Source: an uncultured Pelagibacteraceae bacterium
GTDB taxonomy: Bacteria > Pseudomonadota > Alphaproteobacteria > Pelagibacterales > Pelagibacteraceae
Reading direction: 5' to 3'
Length of the DNA stretch: 64,000 bases
Assembly: GCA_902619745.1 (NCBI GenBank)
Contig: CACNFL010000003.1
Span: 932-64,931 of the forward strand
A program made the translations under genes and the position numbers. The notes below the pieces were generated by a model. It saw nothing but the letters and a program-made list of their open reading frames with translations. It did no database searches and was not told where the DNA came from. Below are positions 18,335-29,105 of the stretch, in pieces (within the stretch, counting starts at the first letter, position 1; each line of letters opens with the position of its first letter).

Positions 18335-21300
18335 ATGACTAAAAACTTAAGAGTAAAATCCAGCGAGTACATTGATGAAACTAATAGAATTTCCTTCAAA
18401 TTTAATGGCAAAACTTACCATGGATTTAAAGGCGATACTTTAGCATCAGCATTACTTGCAAACGATGTTCATTTAGTTGGAAGAAGTTTTAAATATCATA
18501 GACCAAGAGGAATTATGACGTCTGGTTCAGAGGAACCAAATGCTATAGTTCAAATAAACCCTGGTACCAATAGAACAGAACCCAATGTTAGAGCAACTGA
18601 AGTAGAGATTTATGAAGGTTTGGAGGCATCAAGTCAAAATTGTTGGCCAAGTGTTGATTTTGATATTGGTGGGATAAACAATTTTCTCTCGCCTTTTTTT
18701 CCAGCAGGTTTTTATTATAAAACATTTATGTGGCCTGCTAGTTTTTGGGAGAAATATGAATTTTTCATACGACACTCTGCCGGATTAGGAAAATCACCAA
18801 CATCAAGTGACCCTGACATTTATGACCACCGAAATATTCATTGTGATGTATTAGTTGTAGGTGCAGGTATATCGGGAATATTAGCAGCAAAAAATGCTGC
18901 TAAAAATAATTTTAAAACGTTGTTAGTTGATGAAAAAAATGAACTTGGTGGATCAACTATTTATGAAAACAATGAATTTAATAAAATTAATAATAAAACT
19001 CCTTCTGAATGGTTAAAAAAAGAAATAGAGGAATTTAAAAATATTAAAAATCTTGAAATAAAAACTAGAACAAGTGTAGCTGCTTATCATCAATATAATT
19101 ATCTTTTGGCTAGAGAAAATCTAACTGATCATTTAGAGGCAAAAGATAAAACAAATAAAATCAGACAAAGACTTCTTAAAATTAGAGCTAAGAAAGTTAT
19201 TTTAGCTACAGGTGCATTAGAAAGACCTTTGATATTTAATAATAATGATAGACCAGGAATAATGCTTTCATCTGCAATAAAAAAATACAGTGAATTTTAT
19301 GGTGTTTCGTGTGGTAGTAAAAATGTCTTTTTTACTAATAATGATAGTGCCTACGAAAGTGCTATTTCACTATACAATAAGGGTATCAATGTTGAAGCAA
19401 TAATTGATATTAGAGAACAATCCGAAAGTAAAATTGTTAAAAAAGTAAAAGAAGCAGGTATTAAAATTTACTGGTCACACTCAATTGTTGATACAGCTGG
19501 ATACAAACGACTAAAGAGTGTTTCTATAATGAAGCTATCTAATGATGGTACTTCAGTTACTGGAAGTAAAATTTCTATTTCGTGTGATTGCTTAGGAGTT
19601 GCTGGTGGCTGGACACCTGCTGTACATTTATATACACAATCAGGAAGCAAACTTAAATTTGATGAAGAAAAAAAAGTTTTCTTACCAAATCAGAATACAT
19701 CTGAACAAATAAGTGTAGGATCGTGTGGTGGAGATTTTAAAATTGATGAAATCATTAAAAATCTAAATCAAAAACTTAAAGATACTCTTAATATTAATGA
19801 AACAGATTTAGATAGTATTAAAGTTGAGATTGATCAGGAAAATTCAAAAAGAAATATTTGGTTACTACCTTCCGATAAGCCTATAGGCAAAACTAAACCA
19901 TTTGTAGATTATCAAAACGATGCAACGGCTAAAGATATAAAATTAGCATTAAGAGAAGGTTTTAGATCTATTGAGCATGTTAAAAGATACACGACTACCG
20001 GAATGGGAACTGATCAAGGTAAACTAGGAAATATGCATGCGTTAGGTATAATTGCAGATACAGCAGGCGTTAAAATGGGAGAATTAGGGACCACTACATT
20101 TAGACCTCCTTACACACCATTAACATTTGGAACTATTGTAGGTCGAAATGTAGGAAAGTTTTTTGATATTTTTAGAAGAACACCAATGAATGATTGGCAT
20201 GTTGAAAATAAAGCTGAATTTGAAAATGTCGGACAATGGAAGAGAGCATGGTACTACCCTATTAACGGAGAAACTATGCATCAAGCAGTTCAAAGAGAAA
20301 GTAAAGCTGCTAGAGAAAGTGCTGGTATACTGGATGCCTCTACTCTTGGTAAAATTGATATTCAAGGAAGTGATGCTTCTGAATTCTTAAATAGAGTTTA
20401 TACAAATGCTTGGTCAAAATTAGCTATAGGGAAATGTAGATATGGGTTAATGCTAAATGAAGATGGTATGGTTTATGATGATGGAGTTACAACAAGATTA
20501 GGTGAAAATCATTACATCATGACCACAACAACTGGTGGAGCAGCAAATGTTTTAGGTAAACTTGAAGACTATCTTCAAACAGAATGGCCTGAGCTTGATG
20601 TTTATTTAACCTCTGTAACAGATCATTATGCTACAGCGAGTTTATGCGGACCTAATAGTAAAAAAATTCTTAAAAAAATAATTCCTTATTTAGATTTATC
20701 AGATGAAAACTTTCCGCACATGTCATTCAAAGAATCGAAAATTGGCAATATTCAATGTAGAATAATGAGAATTAGTTTTACTGGAGAACACAGTTACGAA
20801 ATAAATGTTCAAGCAAGTTATGGAAAAGATTTATGGGAAAAGTGTATAGAGGCAGGTAAAGAGTTTAACATTACTCCTTATGGGACTGAGACAATGCACT
20901 TATTAAGAGCAGAAAAAGGTTTTATTATTGTTGGACAAGATACAGATGGAACAATGACTCCTATCGATCTTCAAATGGATTGGATAGTAAGCAAGAAGAA
21001 ATACGATTTCATAGGAAAAAGATCTCTTTATAGATCTGATACAATGAGAGAAGATAGAAAGCAATTAGTAGGTTTATTAACTGATGATCCAAATATTGTT
21101 TTAGAAGAAGGAGCACAAATAGTTTCTGAATTAAATCAAAGTCCAGTAGAAATGCTTGGACATGTAACTTCAAGTTATTTCAGTCCAAACCTAAAGAAAT
21201 CAATAGCACTTGCAGTAGTTAGAGGTGGAAAAGATATGATGGGAAAAAAACTTTTTGTGCCTATGGAAAATAAAAATATTAATGTCACTGTTGCGAATCC

Positions 21301-21340
21301 AGTGTTTTACGATGAGAAAAATGAGAGGTTAAATGCTTAA
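18335..21340 (+). CDS. soxA: Sarcosine oxidase family, alpha subunit
   Basis: GDTLASALLAN, RSFKYHRPRG, KRYTTTGMGTDQGK, C-terminal GcvT-like folate domain. Start moved to ATG 18335 (MTKNLRV). Confidence 0.93.
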   Translation: MTKNLRVKSSEYIDETNRISFKFNGKTYHGFKGDTLASALLANDVHLVGRSFKYHRPRGIMTSGSEEPNAIVQINPGTNRTEPNVRATEVEIYEGLEASSQNCWPSVDFDIGGINNFLSPFFPAGFYYKTFMWPASFWEKYEFFIRHSAGLGKSPTSSDPDIYDHRNIHCDVLVVGAGISGILAAKNAAKNNFKTLLVDEKNELGGSTIYENNEFNKINNKTPSEWLKKEIEEFKNIKNLEIKTRTSVAAYHQYNYLLARENLTDHLEAKDKTNKIRQRLLKIRAKKVILATGALERPLIFNNNDRPGIMLSSAIKKYSEFYGVSCGSKNVFFTNNDSAYESAISLYNKGINVEAIIDIREQSESKIVKKVKEAGIKIYWSHSIVDTAGYKRLKSVSIMKLSNDGTSVTGSKISISCDCLGVAGGWTPAVHLYTQSGSKLKFDEEKKVFLPNQNTSEQISVGSCGGDFKIDEIIKNLNQKLKDTLNINETDLDSIKVEIDQENSKRNIWLLPSDKPIGKTKPFVDYQNDATAKDIKLALREGFRSIEHVKRYTTTGMGTDQGKLGNMHALGIIADTAGVKMGELGTTTFRPPYTPLTFGTIVGRNVGKFFDIFRRTPMNDWHVENKAEFENVGQWKRAWYYPINGETMHQAVQRESKAARESAGILDASTLGKIDIQGSDASEFLNRVYTNAWSKLAIGKCRYGLMLNEDGMVYDDGVTTRLGENHYIMTTTTGGAANVLGKLEDYLQTEWPELDVYLTSVTDHYATASLCGPNSKKILKKIIPYLDLSDENFPHMSFKESKIGNIQCRIMRISFTGEHSYEINVQASYGKDLWEKCIEAGKEFNITPYGTETMHLLRAEKGFIIVGQDTDGTMTPIDLQMDWIVSKKKYDFIGKRSLYRSDTMREDRKQLVGLLTDDPNIVLEEGAQIVSELNQSPVEMLGHVTSSYFSPNLKKSIALAVVRGGKDMMGKKLFVPMENKNINVTVANPVFYDEKNERLNA

Positions 21341-21896
21341 CTATAATTCAGTTATTAAAAATGAAATGAAGCAAGAAAGTATTTCTGTAAAGGAAATCTC
21401 TCCAGTAATAAAAATTAATTTGAGAGGTAAAAAAAGAGAATTTTTAACAAATGTTGGTAAAAATCTTAATATGATCTTACCAACTGAGGCAAACACTTCA
21501 ACAACGAGTGATAAATTAACAGCAATATGGCTTAGTCCAGACGAATGGATGATAATCTCAAATGAGCTGGCAAGTAAAGACACTAATAAATCTGATCTAT
21601 ATGAAATGTTATTTAATAGTATTTCAAAAACAAATTTAGGTGCTGTTATAGATGTAACAGATCAATTTGTTCAATTAGAACTTAAAGGTGAAAATGTCTA
21701 TGAAATCTTTTCAGCAGGATCTCCCTTTAATTTTAATGAATTTAAAGAAAAAAAAGGATCAACAGCTCAGACTGTTTTAAATCATATAGATGTAATTCTG
21801 CACCATAAAGATGAAAATATTTTAAATCTGTTTGTTAGAAGATCTTTTGCTGAACATCTTTGTTATTGGATTGAAGACTGTGCATCAAGATTATAA
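21333..21896 (+). CDS. soxG: Sarcosine oxidase family, gamma subunit
   Basis: INLRG, WLSPDEW, VRRSFA; last gene of soxBDAG. Confidence 0.9.
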   Translation: MLNYNSVIKNEMKQESISVKEISPVIKINLRGKKREFLTNVGKNLNMILPTEANTSTTSDKLTAIWLSPDEWMIISNELASKDTNKSDLYEMLFNSISKTNLGAVIDVTDQFVQLELKGENVYEIFSAGSPFNFNEFKEKKGSTAQTVLNHIDVILHHKDENILNLFVRRSFAEHLCYWIEDCASRL

Positions 21897-21898
21897 AC

Positions 21899-22426
21899 TT
21901 ATTTTTTTCTTCTAAAGTCCCATGGCATTTCAAATTTACCTTGCCAAAGGCCTTTTTTTTCATTTTTAGCATTAATTTCGTTTGATATATATTTTTTTGA
22001 GTATTTTCTATAAGCTACTGCATAACCGTTTGAAACTAGCCAAGAATTCAAGTTTAAATTTCTTTTATAACATTCTCCAATAAATCTTTTGTATCTATCA
22101 ACATCCAAAATTTTACAAGTTATTACTTTGTTATTTATTTTTTTTTGTAATTTTTGAGTTGAAATTTTTCCACATGGATAATCTTTAGTAAAAGTAAAAA
22201 AAATTATTGTTAGATAAGGTTTTTTACACATTTGCTTGAATTCAGGTGCATCAATTCCGTATAATCTTATCTTTTTTGAATTTATTTTTATTGTATCACC
22301 ATCAATAATTTGAGCATTTCCAGAAATTTCTTTAATCTCTTCAGACCTAACATCGTTATATGTGAAAATAAAAAAAATCGAACAAATTATAATTAAAATT
22401 ATCGCTTTTCTTTTTGTAAAAAACAT
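21899..22426 (-). CDS. Thermonuclease (SNase-like) family protein with N-terminal membrane anchor or signal
   Basis: IIDGDTI, RLYGIDAPE, DRYKR, LV.NGYA, A...KKGLW, PWDFR. Confidence 0.88.
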   Translation of the reverse strand: MFFTKRKAIILIIICSIFFIFTYNDVRSEEIKEISGNAQIIDGDTIKINSKKIRLYGIDAPEFKQMCKKPYLTIIFFTFTKDYPCGKISTQKLQKKINNKVITCKILDVDRYKRFIGECYKRNLNLNSWLVSNGYAVAYRKYSKKYISNEINAKNEKKGLWQGKFEMPWDFRRKK

Positions 22427-22438
22427 ACTTAAAAAATA

Positions 22439-23776
22439 TTAAATATTAGCTAATTTATGTTTAATATAATATTTGACATAAAAAAGTAACATCAATGATA
22501 TCAACCATTGAAAGATAGCCCAAATATAAAAAAAAGTTTTAAAATCTGCATTTAAATACTTTGCAATGTAAAAGGATAAAACTGGTACTATAACATTTCT
22601 GCCAATATTATTAATCATGGCTTTTTCAGATTTTTTTAAAGCCATAAAGAATCCATTTGATAAGAAAAATATTGGATAAGCAGGTAAAATAAATGCTGAA
22701 ATCTTAAGGTACATCGAGCCATGCATAATTACCTCTGGGTTTGAAGAAAAGAATTTAGGAACAATGTCAGCACTTATAAAAATAACTACACCTGCGATTA
22801 ACATTATAATTAGACCGTATTTTATTGAAGTAAAATAGGATTGCTCCACTCTATAGTAATATTTTGCACCAATATTTTGCGCAATTATAGAAATTATTGC
22901 TGTATTAATTCCTAATATTGGTAACAAAACTACTTGCTCAATTCTTGTGGCAGATCCATACCCTGCTACAGCATATTCACCAAATAACCCAACATATGTA
23001 AAAACAATTGTTGCAGCAATAGAATACCCTAATATGGCAATTGTAATTGGCATTGATTGAAAAAAAATATTTTTTAAGAAAAAAAATTTAGCTTTGAAAT
23101 GGTCTAAAGTTATTTGTTTAATTCTTTGATTATTTAATATTTTTATCAAAATAACCAACAAAGATACAAATTGAGCAATTAAAGTTGCTATCCCAATACC
23201 AGTTATTCCTAATGGTGGTATAAATAAAAAACCAAATATAAAAATTGGATTTAAAATAATGTTTAAGAAAAAAGAAAATATTAGAACATTTCTGTAAGTT
23301 TTAGTATCTCCTTCTGCGTGTAAGAATGAATTTAATGCTACTACTAAAATAAATAATATCGTACCTAAAAAAATTACATTTATATATTCAAGTCCAAGAA
23401 TTGTTACTTCTTGAGAGGAATTCATTAATAAGAATATCTTTTCACCAAAAGCAAATCCTAAAATAGATACAACTATTGAGATTATAATCGAATAAATGAT
23501 TACATTTCCAAAATAACTTAAAACATTTTTTTCGTTTTTTTCTCCTATACTACTGCCAATCAATGATGTTCCTGCTACGGTAACTCCAATGGATGTCGCA
23601 ATAATCAAAAAATATATCGGAAAAGACTTGCTCAAAGCTGATAAGGCTTCTGGCGATATTTTTCCTGCATAAAAAGTATCTACGATTGTATAAAGTGTTT
23701 GGAATAAGGTTCCTACACTTGCTGGTACAGCAAGTTTTCTTACTAACAACGAAACTTCATCTTTTAATAAATTCAT
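22439..23776 (-). CDS. MATE family efflux transporter
   Basis: LAVP...Y.IVDTFYAG, GDTKT, NIILNPIFIFG, QNIGAK; about 12 hydrophobic segments. Confidence 0.9.
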   Translation of the reverse strand: MNLLKDEVSLLVRKLAVPASVGTLFQTLYTIVDTFYAGKISPEALSALSKSFPIYFLIIATSIGVTVAGTSLIGSSIGEKNEKNVLSYFGNVIIYSIIISIVVSILGFAFGEKIFLLMNSSQEVTILGLEYINVIFLGTILFILVVALNSFLHAEGDTKTYRNVLIFSFFLNIILNPIFIFGFLFIPPLGITGIGIATLIAQFVSLLVILIKILNNQRIKQITLDHFKAKFFFLKNIFFQSMPITIAILGYSIAATIVFTYVGLFGEYAVAGYGSATRIEQVVLLPILGINTAIISIIAQNIGAKYYYRVEQSYFTSIKYGLIIMLIAGVVIFISADIVPKFFSSNPEVIMHGSMYLKISAFILPAYPIFFLSNGFFMALKKSEKAMINNIGRNVIVPVLSFYIAKYLNADFKTFFYIWAIFQWLISLMLLFYVKYYIKHKLANI

Positions 23777-23791
23777 TAATTTTAAGATTTG

Positions 23792-24697
23792 TTAATACTC
23801 TTTTTGGAAGATATGTCTTTTTCCTGCTTCTTTAGCAAGATTAATTTGTTTTTGTCTCATCCTAAATCTTGATTTTTGATGATCTGTTAGATTGTCGTGA
23901 CAATTTGGACATGAAACACCCTCTTCATATTTTTTTGATTTTTTGTCCTTACGAGATACAGGCTTCCTACAACCGCTACACATTGAGTAAGAACCAACTT
24001 TTAGACCATGTTTTAAACTAATCCTGTTATCAAAAACAAAGCATTCACCTTTCCATAAACTTTTTTTCTTATTTGTTTTTTTAAGATAATTTAAAATTCC
24101 ACCATTTAACTGATAAATGTTATTAAACCCTTTATTCTCCAAATAAACAGATGCCTTTTCACAACGAATTCCACCAGTGCAAAACATAGCAATAGGTTGA
24201 TTTTTTTTTAATTTTTTTAGATATTTTGGAAAATCTCTAAAGTTATCAACATCAGGATTGATTGCTCCCTTAAATGTTCCAACATCGTACTCAAATGGTT
24301 TTCTCGCATCTATAAGAACAGTATCCTTTTCTTTAATCAGCTTATTCCATTTGGTTGGATCTACATGGCTATCTTTTTTCTTTATTCTTTTATTTAAAGT
24401 TAAATTCATAGGAACAACTTCATTTTTAATTTTAACTTTAGGTTTGTGAAACGGTTGAAATAAACTTTTGGAGACATTACTGCTATTAAATTCTTTAAAT
24501 TTAAGAGTTTTTTTTAAATTGTTAATTGTGAATTTAATGTCTGCAGCTTTACCAGAGATAGTTCCATTTACTCCTTCTATAGAGATAATTATCGTACCTC
24601 TAATGTTTTTCTTTTTTAATGTTTCTAATAAAACTTTCTGATTTTTCTTTAGATAAGAAATTTTGACAAATTTATAAAAACCAAATACTTCGAACAT
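23792..24697 (-). CDS. trhO: tRNA uridine(34) hydroxylase, rhodanese-domain UPF0176 family
   Basis: FYKF, EGVNGTISG, K.K.EVV, MFCTGGIRCEKA, L.GGILNY, WKGECFVFDNR, C..C...C..C tail. Confidence 0.88.
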   Translation of the reverse strand: MFEVFGFYKFVKISYLKKNQKVLLETLKKKNIRGTIIISIEGVNGTISGKAADIKFTINNLKKTLKFKEFNSSNVSKSLFQPFHKPKVKIKNEVVPMNLTLNKRIKKKDSHVDPTKWNKLIKEKDTVLIDARKPFEYDVGTFKGAINPDVDNFRDFPKYLKKLKKNQPIAMFCTGGIRCEKASVYLENKGFNNIYQLNGGILNYLKKTNKKKSLWKGECFVFDNRISLKHGLKVGSYSMCSGCRKPVSRKDKKSKKYEEGVSCPNCHDNLTDHQKSRFRMRQKQINLAKEAGKRHIFQKEY

Positions 24698-25347
24698 TAT
24701 AATTTTCTACAAACAGTCATACCATCACCAAGAGGAATTATTAACTTTTCAACCCTTGTATCCTTTGAGATATGACTATTAAACTCTTTAATATTTTTAG
24801 TAAATTTATCATTATTGTTTTCATTCACAACTTCTCCATACCATAAAACATTATCAATGATTATTAGACCATTTTTGTTCAATAATTGTAAAGAACGTTC
24901 ATAGTATTCAATGTAATTCATTTTATCAGCATCAATAAAAACTAAATCAAACTTTTCATTTTTAATTTCATCTAAACTTTCTAAAGCAGGTTTAATTAAT
25001 GTTTTTATTTTATGATCTTGATTAGCTTTTTTAAAAAAATCTATTGCAACTTTATTAGTTTCTTCATTTTTATCTAAAGCAATTATTTTGCCGTCATCTG
25101 ATAATGCCAAAGCCATAGATAACGTACTTAATCCTGTAAATGTACCTATCTCTAAAATTTTTTTGATATTTGAAATTTTTATAATTAAATGCAGAAATTG
25201 ACATTGTGAAATTGAGATTTGCATTCTTTTGATATCACCAAGAGAAGTGTTGTAATCAATTATTTCTTTTTGAACTGGATGTAAATTAAATCCATGACTT
25301 AAAATATACTCTTGGAGTTCTTTAGTTATATTTAGGTCTGAACCCAT
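24697..25347 (-). CDS. Class I SAM-dependent O-methyltransferase (Methyltransf_3; CCoAOMT/TrmR-like)
   Basis: LEIGTFTGLS, FIDADK, DNVLW, PLGDG: cation-dependent OMT motifs. Confidence 0.88.
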   Translation of the reverse strand: MGSDLNITKELQEYILSHGFNLHPVQKEIIDYNTSLGDIKRMQISISQCQFLHLIIKISNIKKILEIGTFTGLSTLSMALALSDDGKIIALDKNEETNKVAIDFFKKANQDHKIKTLIKPALESLDEIKNEKFDLVFIDADKMNYIEYYERSLQLLNKNGLIIIDNVLWYGEVVNENNNDKFTKNIKEFNSHISKDTRVEKLIIPLGDGMTVCRKL

Positions 25348-25352
25348 AAATT

Positions 25353-26816
25353 CTAAAGTTTTTTCTTTAAAATCTCATTAACTAATTGAGGATTTGCTTT
25401 TCCACCAGAAACTTTCATTACTTGACCTACAAAGAAACCAAATAATTTAACTTTACCTGATTTATATTCTGTAGCTTTGTCTCTGTTATCATCAATAACC
25501 TTATCTATTAGTGCCTCAAGTGCTTTTGGATCACTCTCTTGTTTTAAACCTTTTTCTTCAACAATTTTCTGAGGATCTTTATCTCCTTCCATCATTTGTT
25601 CAAAAACTGTTTTTGCAATTTTTCCAGAAATTGTTCCATCTTTAATTAAATTAATTAATTTTGATAAGTTGCCTGCGCTTATAGGGCTTTCAGTTATTTC
25701 TAAATTTTTTTCATTTAAGGCTGCAAATAATTCTCCAATTATCCAATTTGTTGCAAGTTTTACATCTGATTTCTTAATTACATTTTCAAAGTAATTTGAC
25801 GTTTCAATATCAGAAACTAAAATATTTGCTTCGTAAGGTGATAGTTTGAATTTTTCTATAAACCTTTTTTTCTTTTCATCTGGTAGCTCTGGAATTTCTG
25901 ATTTTAAGTTTTCAATAAAATCATCTGAAACTTCTAATGGCAATAAGTCTGGATCTGGAAAATATCTATAATCATGAGCATCCTCTTTTGATCTCATTGA
26001 TCTAGTTTCATTCTTTTTAGTATCAAAAAGTCTTGTTTCTTGATCAATCGTTTGACCATCCTCGATTAAATCAACTTGCCTGTTAGCCTCGTATTCAATT
26101 GCCATCTGCATGAACTTTATTGAGTTAACATTTTTAATCTCACATCGGGTTCCAAACTCTTTTGAACCTTTTTTTCTAACAGATACATTTACATCGGCTC
26201 TTAAAGATCCTTCCTGCATGTTTCCATCACAAGTTCCTAAATATCTCATTATAGATCTTAATTTTTTAATATATGCATTTACTTCATCTGGAGACCTTAG
26301 GTCAGGTTTACTTACAATTTCCATTAAAGCCACACCTGATCTATTTAAATCTACAAAAGTATTTTTAGGATCTAAATCATGAATGCTTTTGCCCGCATCT
26401 TGCTCCAAGTGTAATCTTTCTATACCTACTTCTTTTTGACCATCTGGCATATCAAGAATTACTTTACCCTCACCTACAATTGGATTTTTGAATTGTGAGA
26501 TTTGATACCCCTGAGGTAAGTCAGCATAAAAATAATTTTTTCTATCAAAGACAGATCTCTTGTTGATTTTAGCTTTTAAACCAATCCCTGTTTTAATAGC
26601 TTGTTTTACGCAATACTCGTTTATTACTGGCAACATTCCTGGAAATGCTGCATCAACTAAACTTACTTGAGTATTTGGCTCAGCTCCAAATTTAGTCGCT
26701 GATGTTGAAAATAATTTTGACTCAGATGTAACTTGTGCATGAACTTCTAAACCAATGACAACTTCATATTGATTATCATGTCTATTAATTAGATATTCAG
26801 ATTTGTTTTTACTCAC
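25353..26816 (-). CDS. gatB: Asp/Glu-tRNA amidotransferase subunit B
   Basis: [45 protein letters not shown]. Confidence 0.98.
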   Translation of the reverse strand: MSKNKSEYLINRHDNQYEVVIGLEVHAQVTSESKLFSTSATKFGAEPNTQVSLVDAAFPGMLPVINEYCVKQAIKTGIGLKAKINKRSVFDRKNYFYADLPQGYQISQFKNPIVGEGKVILDMPDGQKEVGIERLHLEQDAGKSIHDLDPKNTFVDLNRSGVALMEIVSKPDLRSPDEVNAYIKKLRSIMRYLGTCDGNMQEGSLRADVNVSVRKKGSKEFGTRCEIKNVNSIKFMQMAIEYEANRQVDLIEDGQTIDQETRLFDTKKNETRSMRSKEDAHDYRYFPDPDLLPLEVSDDFIENLKSEIPELPDEKKKRFIEKFKLSPYEANILVSDIETSNYFENVIKKSDVKLATNWIIGELFAALNEKNLEITESPISAGNLSKLINLIKDGTISGKIAKTVFEQMMEGDKDPQKIVEEKGLKQESDPKALEALIDKVIDDNRDKATEYKSGKVKLFGFFVGQVMKVSGGKANPQLVNEILKKKL

Positions 26817-28270
26817 TTAATCCACCAATCAGTAATATTGTTTTTAAAATTAATTTTTTCTTCCATAGCATATGCAATGTTTAAAATATTTTGTTCATCA
26901 AAAGCTTTACCAATTATCTGTAATCCTAATGGATATCCTTTAGCATCATGGCCTGCGGGTATAGAAATTCCAGGTAAACCTGCTAAATTTACAGGAACAG
27001 TAAAAATATCATTTAAATACATTGAAACCGGATCATTTGTTTTTTCACCAATTTTAAACGCAGAACTTGGAGTAGATGGGGTTAGAATTGCATCAACTTT
27101 ATTATAAGCATCATCAAAATCATTTTTAATAAGTTTTCTTACCTTTTGTGCTTTAAGATAATAAGCATCATAATATCCTGAAGATAAAACATAAGTTCCA
27201 ATCATTATTCTTCTTTGAACCTCAGCACCAAATCCTTCGGATCTAGTTTTTTCATACATATCAATAAGATTTTCTCCTTCAGCTCTAAAACCGTATTTAA
27301 CACCGTCGTATCTAGCCAAATTAGATGAGGCCTCTGCTGGTGCTACTATGTAATAAGTTGGTAGTGCATAATTAGTATGAGGTAGAGATATATCGATAAT
27401 CTCAGCACCACAATCTTTTGCATATTCAATACCTTTTTTCCATAGGTCTTCTATTTCTTTAGGCATGCCGTCTACTCTATATTCTTTAGGTATTCCTATT
27501 TTTTTACCTTTAATATCTTTTGTTAATTCTTTGCTATACTCGTTTCTTTTAAAGTCTATTGAAGTAGAATCTTTTTCATCATAAGTGCTAATAACTTCCT
27601 GCAACAATGCACAATCTTTAACATTTTGCGCCATTGGACCAGCTTGATCTAGGGATGATGCAAATGCTACAATTCCGTATCTAGAGCAACTACCATAAGT
27701 AGGTTTTAATCCGACAGTTCCAGTAAATGAAGAAGGCTGTCTTATAGATCCACCTGTATCTGTTCCAATAGTTATTGGTGTTAATTGAGCAGCTACAGCA
27801 GAAGACGATCCACCTGAAGAACCTCCTGGAACTAAATTTTTATCAATTGGGTTTTGTACATTACCAAAAAAACTAGTTTCATTAGATGAACCCATTGCAA
27901 ATTCATCACAATTTAATTTCCCCATTAGGATAGCTCCTTCATTCCAAATGTTTTGTGTGACTGTTGACTCGTAAGTTGGAACAAAGTTATTTAAAATCTT
28001 ACTACCTGCCGTAGTTCTTAAATCTTTTGTACAAAATAAATCTTTTACAGCCATTGGGATGCCAGGCAATTTAAGATCGAGATTAGGTTTTTCATCAAAC
28101 TTTTTTGCTTTATTTAAAGCATTTGCATAATCTTCGGTTATATATGCATTTAATTCTTTTGATTTTTCTGATCTTTCAACAAATGCTTTAGTAACTTCAC
28201 TTGAGGAAAGTTTTTTACTTTTTATATTTTCTACTAACTCAGATAATGATTGTTTAATTACCTCTGACAT
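26813..28270 (-). CDS. gatA: Asp/Glu-tRNA amidotransferase subunit A
   Basis: Amidase signature [28 protein letters not shown]. Confidence 0.98.
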   Translation of the reverse strand: MSEVIKQSLSELVENIKSKKLSSSEVTKAFVERSEKSKELNAYITEDYANALNKAKKFDEKPNLDLKLPGIPMAVKDLFCTKDLRTTAGSKILNNFVPTYESTVTQNIWNEGAILMGKLNCDEFAMGSSNETSFFGNVQNPIDKNLVPGGSSGGSSSAVAAQLTPITIGTDTGGSIRQPSSFTGTVGLKPTYGSCSRYGIVAFASSLDQAGPMAQNVKDCALLQEVISTYDEKDSTSIDFKRNEYSKELTKDIKGKKIGIPKEYRVDGMPKEIEDLWKKGIEYAKDCGAEIIDISLPHTNYALPTYYIVAPAEASSNLARYDGVKYGFRAEGENLIDMYEKTRSEGFGAEVQRRIMIGTYVLSSGYYDAYYLKAQKVRKLIKNDFDDAYNKVDAILTPSTPSSAFKIGEKTNDPVSMYLNDIFTVPVNLAGLPGISIPAGHDAKGYPLGLQIIGKAFDEQNILNIAYAMEEKINFKNNITDWWIK

Positions 28271-28557
28271 TATTCAATTACCTTTGGTACTACAAAATAA
28301 TCTTCATTTTCCTTCGGAGAATTTTTTATTACTTGATCTCTTAAGTTTTTACTTTTTACTTCATCTGATCTTAGTTTTAGAGTTGTTTCAGCAACAGAAG
28401 TTAATGGTTCAACATTGTCAGTTTTTAATTCGTTAAGTTTTTCAATAAAATCAAAAATTGAATTTAAATCTCCTGCAAGTTTCTCTGCTTTTTTCTCATC
28501 TACAGAAATTCTTGATAGTTTAGATATGTGCTTTATTGTTTTAAGATCGATGCTCAT
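28270..28557 (-). CDS. gatC: Asp/Glu-tRNA amidotransferase subunit C
   Basis: [21 protein letters not shown]; start set to ATG 28557 (MSIDLK). Confidence 0.95.
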   Translation of the reverse strand: MSIDLKTIKHISKLSRISVDEKKAEKLAGDLNSIFDFIEKLNELKTDNVEPLTSVAETTLKLRSDEVKSKNLRDQVIKNSPKENEDYFVVPKVIE

Positions 28558-28607
28558 ATGGTATTTAAATATGTCGCAAACTATCACTTAAGTTTAAAAT
28601 ATACAAT

Positions 28608-29063
28608 ATGATCACTATTGAAGAATTCAAAAAAAAACAGTCTGAAACCTCTAGATTGATTGGTTTAGATCTTGGTTCAAAAAGAATCGGTGTATCAATT
28701 TGCGATGAAAAACAGTCAATAGCCACACCTTTTAAAACGATCAATAAAACCAATAATGACGATCTAATAAACGAATTAAAAAAAATAATAGAGGAAAACA
28801 ATATTAAAGGAATTATCATTGGATATCCAATTAACATGGATGGATCATTAGGTCCTTCTGCTCAATCAGTAAGTGATGTATCTAAAAATATAGACCAAAA
28901 TATTGAAGTAGATGTTTGCTTATGGGATGAAAGACTTTCAACAGTTGGCGCATTTAATCTATCCAGTCAGCTTGATGTTAATGTTTCTAAGCGTGAAAAA
29001 AACATAGATCAAAATGCAGCTGCATTTATTCTTCAAGGAGCTATAGATTATTTAAATAATTAA
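28608..29063 (+). CDS. yqgF: Pre-16S rRNA nuclease / Holliday junction resolvase-like YqgF (RuvX)
   Basis: GLDLGSKRIGVS, G.P.NMDG, WDERLST, D..AAAFILQ. Confidence 0.93.
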   Translation: MITIEEFKKKQSETSRLIGLDLGSKRIGVSICDEKQSIATPFKTINKTNNDDLINELKKIIEENNIKGIIIGYPINMDGSLGPSAQSVSDVSKNIDQNIEVDVCLWDERLSTVGAFNLSSQLDVNVSKREKNIDQNAAAFILQGAIDYLNN

Positions 29064-29105
29064 TCCTTGCCATTTAGGGGCTTTATAGCTATAGAGTTAA
29101 TTTTA

